NCBI RefSeq assembly: GCF_030028105.1
Contig: NC_092384.1
Coordinates: 40,555,553-40,619,552 of the forward strand
DNA length: 64,000 nt
Direction of reading: 5' to 3'
Source of the DNA: Mobula birostris
Taxonomy: Eukaryota
Shown piece after piece: positions 26,830-41,849 of the stretch. How positions within the stretch are numbered: position 1 is the stretch's first letter; each line of letters begins with the position of its first letter. The notes under the pieces were generated by a model that searched no databases, was not told the DNA's origin, and saw nothing but the letters and a program-made list of their open reading frames with translations. The position numbers and the translations under genes were made by a program.

Positions 26830-27750
26830 GATCAGGCTCAACTTTATTATTATCTGACAGTACATACTGTATAACCAAACGAAACATCGTACTTCCGAAC
26901 CACAGTGCACCCGCAAAACATATCAGACCCAGCACATCATACAAAATATTACCATAAATAAGTTAATAAAATATAATTCAAAGTGCATGTAATAAATACA
27001 CAACACAGGTAAACAGTAAATGATACAGTAAACAGCTTGCTGTCCTGGTGGCAAGACCTTGGTGGTGGCCGGGTGTTCATTAGTCTCACAGCCTGAGGGA
27101 GGAAGCTGTTACCCAGTTGGCAGCCCTAGTCCTGATGCTCCTCTACCTCCTTCCTGATGGTGGTAGGTTAAAGAGATTGTGGATTGGGCATTAGGGATCA
27201 TCAACAATATTCCCAATAAATGTCTCAAATGTGGAGGGGGGGCAGGGGAGGAAAATCCCGGTGATCCTCTCGGCGGTTTTTCCTATACTCTGTAGGTCTT
27301 GCGATCTGATGTCTTGCAGCTTCCGTACCGTACAATGATGCATTGATCAGGATACTCTCGAATATTCAGGTACTCTGTTAGAATGGGGGCAGGCCTTGTA
27401 TGCCTCAATCTCTTCAGAACGTGTAGACCCCTTGACTAATGAAGAGGTGATATGGGTCCAGGTTAGATCATCCATGATGTGCACACCAAGGAACGGCAGA
27501 ACCATTGATGAGCAATGGAGTGTGATCAACCTGTGCTTTCCTGTAGTCCGTAATCCTCTCTTTTATTTTGTCCATGTTGAGATTCTGGTTGTTGTTCTCA
27601 CACCATTTGATAAGCCTTTCTACCTCCTCTCTGTATGCCAACTCATCATTGTTGCTGATGAGGCCAATCACCATTGTATCCTCAGCAAACTTGATGATGC
27701 AGTTTGAGCAATTTGGTATCTCTTTGAACAATCTGATCAAAGAATTGTAA
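26830..27750 (-). mobile_element. Rex1/Babar LINE 3' fragment
   Basis: IIKFAEDTMVIGLISNNDELAYREEVERLIKWCENNNQNLN (27468-27740). Confidence 0.88.
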
Positions 27751-28129
27751 ATGAAAGGTGCAGAATCTGAAGCAGTAGTATCACGGAAAATATTTAATTC
27801 ATTTTCAAATCAGCTACAGGAAGAAAAATCAATGGAATGTGGGAAATGAAACGTGAATTTGAGGAAAAAGCAGATAAAAGGGACTGGAGACAAAGTTACA
27901 AAATTGTAAGCTCAACACCCATGAAAATTAATTTCCAAGGCAAGAAGTTGTTTGGTAATTAAGACTTACATGCATTTTAAAAAGTTGCTTACATTGGAAT
28001 AAATTATGCCTAATATTTCCTGGTGAGTTCAATGGGCACATGCTGTTTTGTCTAAGTGAGCACGTTCATACTTTCTAATATATTTAAATATGACATCTAT
28101 CAGCAGAGTAATGTTATAGCTTTTAAAGA

Positions 28130-29390
28130 AGCAGTACAAAGTGGAAAGCAGATTTTCGCATTTAACTAGGCCAGAAATCCCTGATCTACTTAAGCTTTAA
28201 TAATTGATCACTGTCAATCTCATCGCTATTTCTACAGCAAAATCTGATCTATTAGCTGTACATCCATGGCTGACAGAAAACTTTAAGATCATATTAAATC
28301 CACAGAAGAGGCATATAACCCGGCCAGAAATTGCTGTAGGCCTGATGATTCAAAGCATTTTGAGAATCAGCAAAGGATCAGGAAACTGGTAAAAAAAAAC
28401 CAAGATAGAATATTAGGATAAATTATAGAAGTATGTACCAAATAAAATATGAGTTTATTGTAAATATATGAGTCTCCTATAGACAGAAATAGGAAAATAT
28501 ATAATAGGAAAACAAGGAAATGTCAGAGGAATTAAACCTATCTTCACAGAGCAAGGCCCAAAACACTTAGCAGTATCAGAGACTCAAGGGACTAATAAGA
28601 ACAAGAAATCAAAGAAAATTCAGTATATACTAGTAAACAAAATTTAAAAATTGGTGAGCATTAAGGCCAACTGATCCACAGATCAGTATCCCAGAGATTT
28701 GAAAGAGGTGGCTACAGAAACAGTGAAAGCTCTGGTTGTCATCTTCTAAAATGTCATAGATCGAAGATTGAAAGGAAGCAAATGTGAATTCTCACAACTC
28801 CCTGGAATCCAACATTCAAATACAGCAAGCAATAATTAAGGCAATTTCTATTAAGGCCTTTATTACATGGGAATTTAAGTATAGAAGTAAAGATTTCTTT
28901 ATTAGGCCTAGTGACACAATTTAGGTCTCCTTATCTAAAAATGATAGTCTAGCCATAGAGAGGGTGCAGCAATGGTTCAATAATCTGGGGGCGGGAATGC
29001 CAGATTTGCTGTCTGAGGGATGACTGAGTCGACTAGACCTGTATCCTCGAGAATTTAATTTTTTATAGGGCTTTAAGGAGCTTGTTTCCCCTGGTTGAGC
29101 GACCTAAACCCAGGGATTGCAATCTCAGTAAAGGGGTAGGTTATTTAGGAATGAGTGTCACAGAGAAGCTGGTAAATATTTAGGCTCTTTTCCACCAAAA
29201 GACAACAGAGACTCAATTATTGGTTAAATCAAAACAGAAACTGGTAGATTTCTGCATATCAAAGGAATTGGGGGATGTGGGAATACTGTAGGAAAACAGA
29301 GTGTTGAGGTGGAAAATCATGACATTGATAAATAGTTGAGCCAACATAAAGCATGATATAGTTAACTCTTGCTCTTATTTTTATGCATGA
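28130..29390 (+). mobile_element. Heavily decayed CR1 LINE
   Basis: agtatcccagagatttgaaagaggtggctacagaaacagtg; ggtctccttatctaa...gagggtgcagc; CR1-like tail. Confidence 0.6.
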
Positions 29391-29603
29391 GTTATTTAAT
29401 TTACAACCTTGAAGATTTGTGCTTACGACAGGAAAAGAAATACAGGGAAAACTTCAGTTTTTAAAGTCATAGTTGACCTAAGCTGAAATATGAAACAATT
29501 ATGTGAGGCACCTATATCTAGACCCTTTGAAATTTCACTTCCATCATGTATCCCTGTCTTCTTGTATTTTTATGCTTTTATTATTGATCTGATCTCTCTG
29601 CAG

Positions 29604-29728
29604 CTGGACAGCTTAGCCAGTCAGCACATTTTGCTCTTCAGCTTCCCTATGTGGTCCTTGGTCTAGGACGTAGTGCAAACTTTCTCGACCATCTTTTTGT
29701 TGGGATTCCTCGTCCTATTGGAGAAAAG
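29604..29728 (+). CDS. ITFG1: ITFG1 coding exon, 4th from last
   Basis: ctctctgcag acceptor and AAG|gtaac donor. Encodes (A)GQLSQSAHFALQLPYVVLGLGRSANFLDHLFVGIPRPIGEK (125 nt), in frame with the previous exon. Confidence 0.97.
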
Positions 29729-29779
29729 GTAACATCACAGCTGGAAACTGTTGTTATTATTTTCATTTTGATATATGCA

Positions 29780-30291
29780 CACTCAGTGGCCACTTTATTT
29801 GGTACACCTGTATACCTGCTCATTAATGTGAATATCTAATCACCTAATCATGTGGCAGCAACTCAATGCATAAAAGCATGCAAGTATGGTCAGTTGTTGT
29901 TCAGACTAAACATCAGAATGGGGAACAAATGTGATCAAAGTGACTTTTACCATGGAATGATTGTGTTTGCTAGACAAGGCGGTTTGAGTAACTCAGAAAC
30001 TATTGATCTCTTGAGATTTTCACACACGGCAGTCACTAGAGTTTACTGAGAATAGTGCAAAAAAAAAAGTCCAATGATCAACAGTTCTGTGGGTGAAAAC
30101 CATGAGAGAGGTCAGAGGAGAATGGCCAGCTGGTTTATGCTGACAGGAAGGTGACAGCGACTCGGATAACCACACATTATAACAGTGGTGTGCAGAAGAG
30201 CATCTCTGAACCCACAACACATCAAACCTTGAAATGGATGGGCTACAGCAGCAGAAGACCATGAAGTACCTAATAAAGTGGCCACTGAATG
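29780..30291 (+). mobile_element. Non-autonomous Tc1-like element (HTH N-terminus only)
   Basis: TIRs cactcagtggccactttatt / aataaagtggccactgaatg followed by TA. Encodes MGNKCDQSDF.HGMIV.ARQGGLSNSET.DLLRFSH. Confidence 0.88.
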
Positions 30292-31790
30292 TATATTACT
30301 GAATTGTTTGAATTGAATGCAAATTCAAATATGTGTTAGCAGCTTCAAAGACTCTTAGTACAAAGTGATAAGAATGAAAAAAATTGAGTAGATTTTCTTC
30401 TCTAGTTGCTTTCCTCAGCCAGTGATGCATCCCCTCAGTCATTGAGTTGGAGATGTCAGTGGGCTTCTGTTTGACATAAATTCAGAAACAGTTTCTTTCA
30501 GAGTTCGAGTAAGTTTATTATCAAAGTTCATATACTATCTTGAAAATTAATTTCCTTGAAGTAATTTAAAGGAAAAAAAAGAAATAGGTTATAAATATAC
30601 GAAAAGCTATGCATAAACAAAGACTGACAAATGCCAATGAAATTAATACTGAGAACATTTAATCAGAGCTTCAGTAAGCTGCAACAAACAGAAATCATGA
30701 TTAAGTTGCAGCAAAATAAAACCAGAGCTCTTTCCTTATAGAAAAGCAAGAATGAGGAATAGTTTAGTACTACAGATCGAGAGTAAAATCAACCCTATGT
30801 ACCAGGGCAGTGCAGACTTCAGACGTGATTCATGGTACCCAATCATTTCTATGCTTTCTAGGATGATCGCTGCATTATATTAGCTTTACAATGAAAGGCC
30901 TTTACAGTTTAAAATGTTAAGTCATTGATTTTTTTTAGTTCTATTGCTTTAGGCATAAATCTGGTGCTGGGAGAATGTGTGGTGCTTTTTTCCTCAAGCC
31001 TTTGTCAATTCTATATTGCAGTTGACAACCGTTTGGAAGCCCAGAAATGTAGGTTATCTTGCACCCCCTTTGTTTAGGGAAGTAACTCAGTAGGACGTAC
31101 TGTAGATAGAAAGCCACTATATTGTAACAAAAGACAGGCTGTTTAAATATTTACATTTAGTTTTTTACACAGTCATAATCTGTCAAATAATAGTAGATAA
31201 TGACTGATACTTAGTATTAGGTGCTCGGTTTTAAAAAGCGTAATTTCTTTGTTCACCTGAAGTCTGTGTCACTGGCAAGAGCTGCCTTTATTGCCTTTGA
31301 ACTTCTGGACAGTTAAGAGTTAATCACATTGTGGTGGGTCTGTTGTCATACATAGACTAGACCAGATATTCTTCCTCAAATATCTAGTAGCTCCCAGTGT
31401 AATTTTTTTTGGACATAATTATTTACTTAGATTTAAACTCCCACCTCTAGAGGTGGCATTCAGATCCATTGTCCAGCATTCTGATTAAAGTCCAGTAACT
31501 TCAGCAGTCTTTTTTTTTCTACCACTCTCCATTTCCTTTAAAATGCTTGCACTTCGCCTGTGTTTGCAGTTTGAATATAATTGTCCATGGACTTCAAAGT
31601 TTTAGGGACATATCAACCTTGTATTACTAACATTACTGTAAAGCTGTCAGCAAAAAATCTTGTTACTGTTAGTGCTGCATCGCTGTAATGTGCCATACTG
31701 TCTAATGATTCCACTTATTTTAAATATTTAACGCCATTTTGAAGTGATATTCTGCCTAATTATTTTCTGCTCTGTTTTCACTTTTAACAG

Positions 31791-31873
31791 TCTGTAAGAA
31801 AACAAGAATGGACAGCTATCATTCCAAATTCTCAGCTTATAGTAATTCCATATCCTCATAATTCACCAAAAAG
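31791..31873 (+). CDS. ITFG1: ITFG1 coding exon, 3rd from last
   Basis: cttttaacag acceptor and AG|gtaaaa donor. Encodes SVRKQEWTAIIPNSQLIVIPYPHNSPK+AG (83 nt, phase 0 to 2). Confidence 0.97.
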
Positions 31874-32772
31874 GTAAAAGTAATTTTATTTCTCTGCAGT
31901 AGTAGTCAATCTGATGGTGCGTGTGAAAATAAATTGTTCACCTGACCAAGCTCCCAAAATATCGGGTTATTCCTCCTAATAACTGTGCATATTACTTTAA
32001 AATTACTGTGCAATAATCCAGTTTTAAATTAATATCCATGTAGTCATTAATGCTAAGATTCTTTGAATCTTACTTCATAACAATGGTAATTTCTGTGTCA
32101 GCAAGTACATTACCTAATTTACCAGTCAACGATTTTGTATGTGGAACTTTGCTGAATATTGTACACAGTGTTTCTCTTTTAATTCTGCACAAGGAAGAGC
32201 TCTAATATATTTCATGGAGAATCTCATCAAGTGCATTTGCAATTAGGGTATTAAGAAGAAATACCAAAATACGTCCCTGTATTCTAACTTTAAATGTTAT
32301 CACTCAAACCTTTGCTCTGATTGAGCAACAGTTACCTGGTCCATTTGAAAGTCATTCTTGAGACCCAAGGCAGCTGTCTTATGTTGGTCTAACTTTTAGC
32401 AGTAGGCTTAAAGTAAGTCTATTTGTTAAAGGAATAAACCAAAGAGGAGCTTTCTGTGTCCTGTACATTCACAGCAAATGGCTGACTTGTAGAGCTCTTC
32501 CCCGGGCTGCTCATTCTATTTTGTGACCTTCTGACAGCAATAGTGTGATCTGAGGTAAATTAATTAAGTACTAAAGCTGGAGTTTATCAAGCATTCTCTC
32601 TTTTAAAGTGCTAATTATTTCTTATCATGTTGTACACCTCTATCAAGTCACCTCGCATCTTTGTTCACTCTAAAGAGAAAAGCCCTAGCTCGTTCAACCT
32701 ACCCTCCAATCCAGGCAGCTCAGTTGTACCCAAAAACTGAGATTGTCATTCTAAGTGCAGAGCAATTACTGT

Positions 32773-33436
32773 CGAGACCCAACGCCTTCTATATATTGGC
32801 GAGACCCGACGCAGACTGGGAGACTGCTTTGCTGAACACCTACGCTCTGTCCACCAGAGAAAGCAGGATCTCCCAATGGCCACACATTTTAATTCCACAT
32901 CCCATTCCCATTCTGACATATCTATCCACGGCCTCCTCTACTGTAAAGATGAAGCCACACTCAGGTTGGAGGAACAACACCTTATTATCCGTCTGGGTAG
33001 CCTCCAACCTGATGGCATGAACATCGACTTCTCTAACTTCCGCTAATGCCCCACCTCCCCCTCGTACCCCATCCGTTATTTATTTTTATACACACATTCT
33101 TTCTCTCACTCTCCTTTTTCTCCCTCTGTCCCTCTTGCCCATCCTCTGGGTTTTTTCTCCCCTCCCCCTTTTCTTTCTCCCTAGGCCTCCTGTCCCATGA
33201 TCCTCTCATATCCCTTTCGCCAATCCCCTGTCCAGCTCTTGGCTCCATTCCTCTCCCTCCTGTCTTCTCCTATCATTTTGGATCTCCCCCTCCCCCTCCC
33301 GCTTTCAAATCTCTTACTAACTCTTCTTTCAGTTAGTCCTGACGAAGGGTCTCGGCCCGAAACGTCGACTGTACCTCTTCCTAGAGATGCTGCCTGGCCT
33401 GCTGCGTTCACCAGCAACTTTGATGTGTGTTGCTTG
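32773..33436 (+). mobile_element. Penelope-like 3' fragment (GIY-YIG end + pseudo-LTR)
   Basis: Near-identical to the reverse complement of 18170-18835. Possible TSD gagcaattactgt (32760-32772) / gagcaattgttgt (33436-33448). Confidence 0.93.
33335..33370 (+). ncRNA. Minimal type I hammerhead ribozyme (sense to ITFG1)
   Basis: agtc-CTGACGA(33339-33345)-a-gggt-ctcg-gccc-GAAAC-GTC-gact. Predicted cleavage after 33366. Confidence 0.83.
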
Positions 33437-34827
33437 AGCAATTGTTGTATAGATTTACAATACTTTTGCTTTAGTGCATTACATAAACTGGTTCTAGGGT
33501 AGGATTTTAACAACCTTAAAAATTATTCTCTCTGAAGAATATTGTATTTCAGTCACTAAATTATTTTACTAGTGTGTATTGTCATCCTTTCTTACCCTAT
33601 AATGCCTTATTATTTTAGCATTTTCATTAGACTATTGTCTTTGCAGCCTACTTTCCCCAAGTCTTCCTGAAGTCACCTCACGTTGCTCACCCTATGTATC
33701 CATGCTAGGTAACATACTGAGAGCAGGACAAAGAAACAAAGTGGTTTAAAACCCAAAATGGGGTGATGATGGGAGCTACTAACCAGGCATCTTGCAGATT
33801 TATTCTGGGTTCTATGCTGAGTTAGATGTGATAGATCTAAGGGATAGTGATAGAACCTTTAGACAGTTTTGTCAACCATATTATGGGGGGGGTGAAAAAC
33901 TGTTGTTACTTTGCTGTCTAAAATCCAGTGACACATCTTGATGTGAATGAAAAGGTTCTGCTATTGTCAGAGAGCACAGGAAATATAGCCACTGAAGTAT
34001 GAAAAGGGAGATACTGACAATGTCATCTTATGAGTTGGTACCTTCAAGGAAGAAAAAACAAGCCTGGCACAATCTTTATAACTAACACATATGATAAACA
34101 TTCTTGGTAATTTACAGTCCTGATTGATGACAAAACCTAACACTAAATCTATACAAATATTATTTAAGCTTTATCTGCATATGGTCCCCAATTTTCATGA
34201 ATCAATGAAATGGGTCATGTACCTGCATTCTGTGCAGAGTCTATTTAAGAGAATTGGTTAGGAGATGGAGGATTTCAGTTGTGTAAAGTAACATAAGAAA
34301 TTGAGGATGTTCTCTCAGAATAAACAGGGTTGAGAGGAGCTGTAATAGAAAACGTCAATATCATGCCAAATTTTGATAAATAAGGAAGGATTTTTTTCAT
34401 CAAAGAATCGCAGAGTCGTTAGAATTTTGATTTTCATAGTGTTATTGCTTTTATGATCTATAATGTGTTGCTTGAAAAGATAACAAGTGGATTCAACAGA
34501 ACTTTAAATGGAATTTAGTATGTTCGTGAAAAGAAACAATGTGAGTGTTGTATGAAAAGAACAAGAGATTGCAGCTAATTGGAGAGCAATCTCTGAGTCA
34601 GTACACCATGATCAAATGGCCTCCAAATAAATCATATGATAATATGATACTGATTTTCTTAGATTACACTTAAAATGTAAATATTTAAAACACTTTCTAT
34701 TATAAGGTATTTATTTATTGAAGGAAATATCAGCCATAAATTATTTGAAATAAGAGGATAGTATTGAGCACAAAATAGTTACTGAACTATAAACTTTATT
34801 AATTTTTTTCTGCTTTTCTTTTCACAG

Positions 34828-34945
34828 CTGGAGTGCCAAATTGTATCTTACTCCCAGTAACATTGTACTGCTCACCGCCATAGCCTTAATTGGAGTCTGC
34901 CTTTTCATTTTGGCTATAATCGGTATTTTACACTGGCAGGAAAAG
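34828..34945 (+). CDS. ITFG1: ITFG1 penultimate exon, containing the transmembrane helix
   Basis: ttttcacag acceptor and AAG|gtact donor. Encodes (S)WSAKLYLTPSNIVLLTAIALIGVCLFILAIIGILHWQEK (118 nt), with a hydrophobic TM segment. Confidence 0.97.
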
Positions 34946-35058
34946 GTACTTCTCTCAGATTTCAGTTAGTAGTCCTGCAATATGCACAAGTAGTAAGATT
35001 TTGTGTCTTATTAAACAATATTGGAACAAATATCAAAACTATTCAAATATTATATTTA

Positions 35059-36673
<1,615 letters not shown>

Positions 36674-39600
36674 TATATATGAATCAATGCCTTTAGCAAA
36701 TTGATATATATGGATGTAAGGAATATGGTCCTTTCTCATCCTCAGGATATCCAAGAGGCTTTAACAACCAGTTAAATATCTTTCTTAAATCAGCTCACTT
36801 TTGTAATCTAGAAACTATTGCAGCTAAATTTTGTCCATGAAGCACCCGTGATCAGGAACATAATAATGACCATGGTATCTCTTTTAGTGTATTAATTGAG
36901 GGAGGGGTAAGTATTGACCAAGACATCAGGAGTATCTTCTTTGCTGTTCTTAGAAAAGTGGCATGGTAGGCAAAAACTGTGAAGACACACAGTAACTACG
37001 CAAGTAACTATTTACAAAAAAAAATCATAGAAAGATTGGAAGTAAGGGTTCTTATCATGTGGTGTGTGAAAGAAGCTTGCAGGGTAGATAATTGTACCTC
37101 AATTATTGATTACACAAATTTATATTTTTACAAATCTGAAAAAGTTGTATCTAGAACAAGTCTAAGCATATTACTGTGGGTCAGAGGTTCCCACAAAAGC
37201 ACAGAAAGTTATTTTAATGTTTAAAATGATCACATAAATGTTTAATTGAAGACTTGGAAATATCTATTGTAACCTTTTATACCTTCCCTTAATAACTACA
37301 GAATCTTCCAAGTAGTATTTGAATGAGGTAGCATTAACTAAATGATACAATTTACAACCATGCAAGAGCAGCAACTGCAGCAAGTTTCCCAGTGCCTTGA
37401 CATCATTAAAAGTGGCAATGTTGCGGTTTTGTGGATAGGTTGGAGGAAGGGGGAGAAAGTTAAACTTGTCGAAGAGTTGAAATTCATTGTGTTTTAATGA
37501 AGTGACAATGAATTGATAACCAGAAGTACTAGACAGGGATGGTGATAAATGCAGCAGATACAAAGTGAGAATTTTTGTTAGGTACAGTGAATTATCGCAA
37601 TGTGGAAATACAGTGTTTATTGACTGATTCTAAGATTTGGAGGTTCCTGTTTACAAGTGATAATGGAAGTGTAAAATTCCTTCAGTTAGGTATTTGTGTT
37701 AACTACATGTCTTTCAATGGTATTTTGGTTAAATTTCACAGTTCTAATTTGGCCAAGATAAATGCATCATGATGAAAGACCATTCAATAAGATCTCTGTA
37801 AAGTCTTAACAGTGTTGAATTGATCAATGTTGGGAAGTATAACAATACCAAAGAGGGACTAGTAAACAATTGAAAAAAGCACAAATCATTGAAATAACCA
37901 TTAAAAGCTATGGCAGCTTGGGTAATATCAGACAGGCCACATATATCCTTGGGTTAGCCATGAGTACAAATGACAATTTACAATGCCTATGTCACAAAGA
38001 AGAATAGGTTGCAGGAGAACAAAAGTTATCTCCACCAATATAGTAGTGGGGCTTAGCTATGAATATCAGAAGTGGTTGCTGAGGTAGCCTCTGCCCAATG
38101 TTTAACTAGGTAATCTACAAAGAAGGCAACAGGTTCCTCCCCAAATTCCTGCCCACCCAACAGCAATAAAGGTAAAAAGCTTCTGGGACTGCTGCCACAG
38201 AGGTCTCTTCTAGAGCTCCAGATGAAAACAACCAGGTTTACAGAAACATCCTTTAAATCAATGGGACCAGATTAATTGAATTAAATTTTACAACTTGCCA
38301 TAGTGAGATTTGAACCCTGATCATTGGATTATTGGTCCAGTATCCAAATTATTAGGTTACAACCTACTGCTGTGTCTCTACGTATGTGTTTGTTCATCTT
38401 TCTGAAGTAATTTTCTATTTTAAGTGTGATGCATAGAATTGATGTAATGCTCTGCTGCTTTCAGTGCCTGGAATCCAATCTTATGAAGGTATTAAACACA
38501 GGCACCCCACAAGCTCAACTATCCAAATGAACTCTTATTAATCTGTGTTCAAAGTCATAAACTTGTCTAGACTTATATTTCACTAGTAGGGTATTAGAAT
38601 TCACCCATGAGATTGTTCCAAGATCTAAGTCCATGCAGCAACATAGGCTGATTGTATTTGACATTCCTGCTCTCACAAACTTCAAATCAGTCAAAGTACC
38701 TCCTCCTGAGCCCACATTGAGTTTTGTCTTTGTGTATTGCCCAAGGAACTGATTGAAACCCCTTTACATTATCATTAGACATATCCATGTGGAATCACTA
38801 TTTAGAAGAGGTACTGGGAACTATTAGTGTCAGTAAAACTGCATTTCGTTCTTCAGGGATAAAATGGGACATTTTTTCAAAATGGTTCATTGCTAGTCTG
38901 ATGATGCAGTCTATTTTTCTGCACATCACACTGACAACACAGTGTAATCCCTCCAGAAGCAATGCCCTTCAGAACATTTAAAGAAATTCATATCTTCAAA
39001 ACAATGAAGGCAGATGAATATTAAACTATTAGCTTTGGTGTTTCAACTAGTTAACAGACCTTATTTTCTCATAGGTTGAAGCAATGTGTCTTGTTTATTG
39101 ATTTACAGTTTTTAGGAATCATACCTTTTGGGCAGTTTTAATTTTTTCTGTGATAGTTATTTGAAATGAAAATGATGATTGATTTAGTGCAACACTGTGT
39201 AGAACAGTCAGGAAAACGTTCTGGTTAGCAAAGTGATTAGTCCCAGCATAGCACAAGCAAGTGGGGACTGAGATTGGGCAAAGATTTATGTTGTTACTAC
39301 TCCACCCAAATCATGCAGTACTTAATCCTCTCGCCAATCTGAAATGTATTCTTAAATTCATGAGTTCAGTGAACCCATATGAAATCAGCAGTGAAGGGAA
39401 GCATGTTCTGAACGGTTGAGAGTTTTTAAAGATGTATTGTTTTTTCACTGCTGCAACTTAAATTCTTCAAATAAATACTGATAGAGAGACAGATGAAGGG
39501 TGTGGTAAGCATGCTTACTTCACACAGAAGCTGGCTGTCTGGATCAGTTTTTGCCAGATCTATAATTACCAGAAGATCTTCAGAGATTTCATATCACAGA

Positions 39601-39796
39601 AAAAGCAATAGCCATGTTTTGTCACCTGCTGGAATCTGTCAAACAATCTCTGCCTCTGCTTCAGGTTCATTTCACCATCAGCAATATAATTATAATTCTC
39701 AGCGTAAAGACAAACTAAGCAAATTATTCACGTTCTCACTATCAAATGTGGAATTTTATTGAGAAAGTAACGTGCAGATATTTCAGCACTACAGTA

Positions 39797-40667
39797 TTTC
39801 AAAGCACATAACTGTTACCATAAGCAGCCCTGAGGTTTGTTTCCTTGCGGGCATACTCAGTAAAATCCAAGAACCATAATGGAGTCAATGAAAGACTGCA
39901 CCCAACAGGGCAGACAAACAACCAATGTGCAAAAGTCAACAAAATTGTGCAAATACAAAAGAAAAAAGAAATAATAATAAGTAAGTAAGTAATAAATACC
40001 AAGAACATGAGATGAAGAGTCCTTGGAAGTGAGTCCATAGGTTATGGGAACAGTTCAATGATGGGGCGAGTGAAGTGATCCACAGTGGTTCAAGAACCTG
40101 ATGCTTCATGCATAATAACTGTTCCTGAACCTGGTGGTGTGAGTCCTGATGCTCCTATACCTTCTACCTGATGGCAGCAGTGAGAAGAGAGGATAATCTG
40201 GGTGAGGGAGTCCCTGATGATGGATGCTTCTTTCCTGCAAAAGCACTCTGTGTAGATGTGCTCAGTGGTATGGAAAGTTTTACCCGTGATGGACTGGGCT
40301 GTAACCACTACTTTTTGAAGGATTTCCTGTTAACAGGCATTGGTGTTTACATACCAGGCTATGATGCAGCTAGTCAATATACTCTTCACCACACATCTGT
40401 AAAAGTCTGTCAGATTTTTAGATGTCATGCCAAATCTTTGCAAACTCCTAAGTATGTAGAGCCACTGCCATGCTTTCTTCAAAATTGCACTTACATGCTG
40501 GGCCAGGACAGATGCTCTGCAATGATAGCACCAAGGAACTTAAAGCTGCTGACCCTCTCCACCTCTGATCCCCCAATGAGGACTAGCTCATGGACCTCCA
40601 GTTTCCTCCTCCTGAAGTCAATAATCAGCTCTTTGGTCTTGCTGACATTGAGTGAGATGTTGACTTC
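39797..40667 (-). mobile_element. Rex1/Babar LINE 3' fragment
   Basis: Same family as 790-1700 (ccaaggaacttaaagctgctgaccctctccacctctgatcccccaatgaggac). Confidence 0.88.
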
Positions 40668-41849
40668 CTGAAGTCAAGGCTTTTTTTAAAATTTGGAACC
40701 CTTTAGGCCCATCACAGAAGCTGATATATTTCTTCCACATCATCATTACCAGGTGAGCTGCTAGTGAAAAGCAGAATCTTGCAAGTGTTTGTCCTTTCCT
40801 AGGCAGATCATTCCACTGTAGAGAAATTAGAATCAAGAGATTTGATTTTTGGACACTGCTTGTAATCCTAGAGTTCCAAGGTAGTTCACTGTTCTGGAGT
40901 GAATTGTGCAGTATGGCATATTGGTGAAGACATCCATTGCAAATAGATGGATCATGCTGTGCATAATATAATAATGCTACATCAATAATCTATGTCATTT
41001 TAGATCCTGATATTTAATCTGATATCCCATTCTAATTTAAAATGTCTGTAAATGTGGCCAGCACCATTCTTTATGTTCCCCCCTGTCTGGGTCCTTAACT
41101 AAATTTGGTTTACACATATAGGAATGCTTCACTCAGTGTGTAAAACATTCAAATTATGTGACAATCAGTATGTGGAAAGTGTAAGCTATGATCTGAGATT
41201 GTAGCAATTCTTCCAGTGCGAGAATGCAGTAAGAACAAGGATTTTTAAATTTCAGATTTATATAGAATATTGATAAGTTGTTGGTGTTGTTACGTTGAGC
41301 ACAGCTTGAGCTCTCGTTGCAGTAAAATAAGGTATTTGAAGATTCATTCACTAGCCTTGACCACTCATGAGACTTTACTGAACCCCTTTTGACACAGCAT
41401 CGCGATCTGCTGAGCTTTATTTCTTAAATTCGTAATGTGGTTCTCTGTGTCTACTACCATCGAAGCATGCATTTGAAAAATTTCGGGACCTGTGCAAATA
41501 GAAGACATCTCTGCTATCTTCCATCTTCTGTGCAATGTTTCCCTAAACCTTGGCACTTACTTGCTCTCACAACATCCCACACATCATTTTTTCTCAGGTA
41601 AAACATATTTGCTGAAAAACTGTCAGCATGCAGTCCCACTCCCTCTGAGAAGTGCACAATAGTTTTAACTAGAGCTTACCACCATTGTTGTATCCAGACA
41701 TCCAGCTAATCAGTTAGTGCTGGCTGGGTAGTGAAATCATTGTAATGAGCACACAATGCCAAGCTGGTGTACTGCCTGCATTGCAATTGATCGACATGGG
41801 TTCATTGGCCGCGTACCTGCATCTATTTTCAGGAGCCATCAAAGTTTGC

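Noticed and set aside
29651-29839. 62-aa ORF as an independent gene
   Set aside because: It is part of an ITFG1 exon plus intron read-through.
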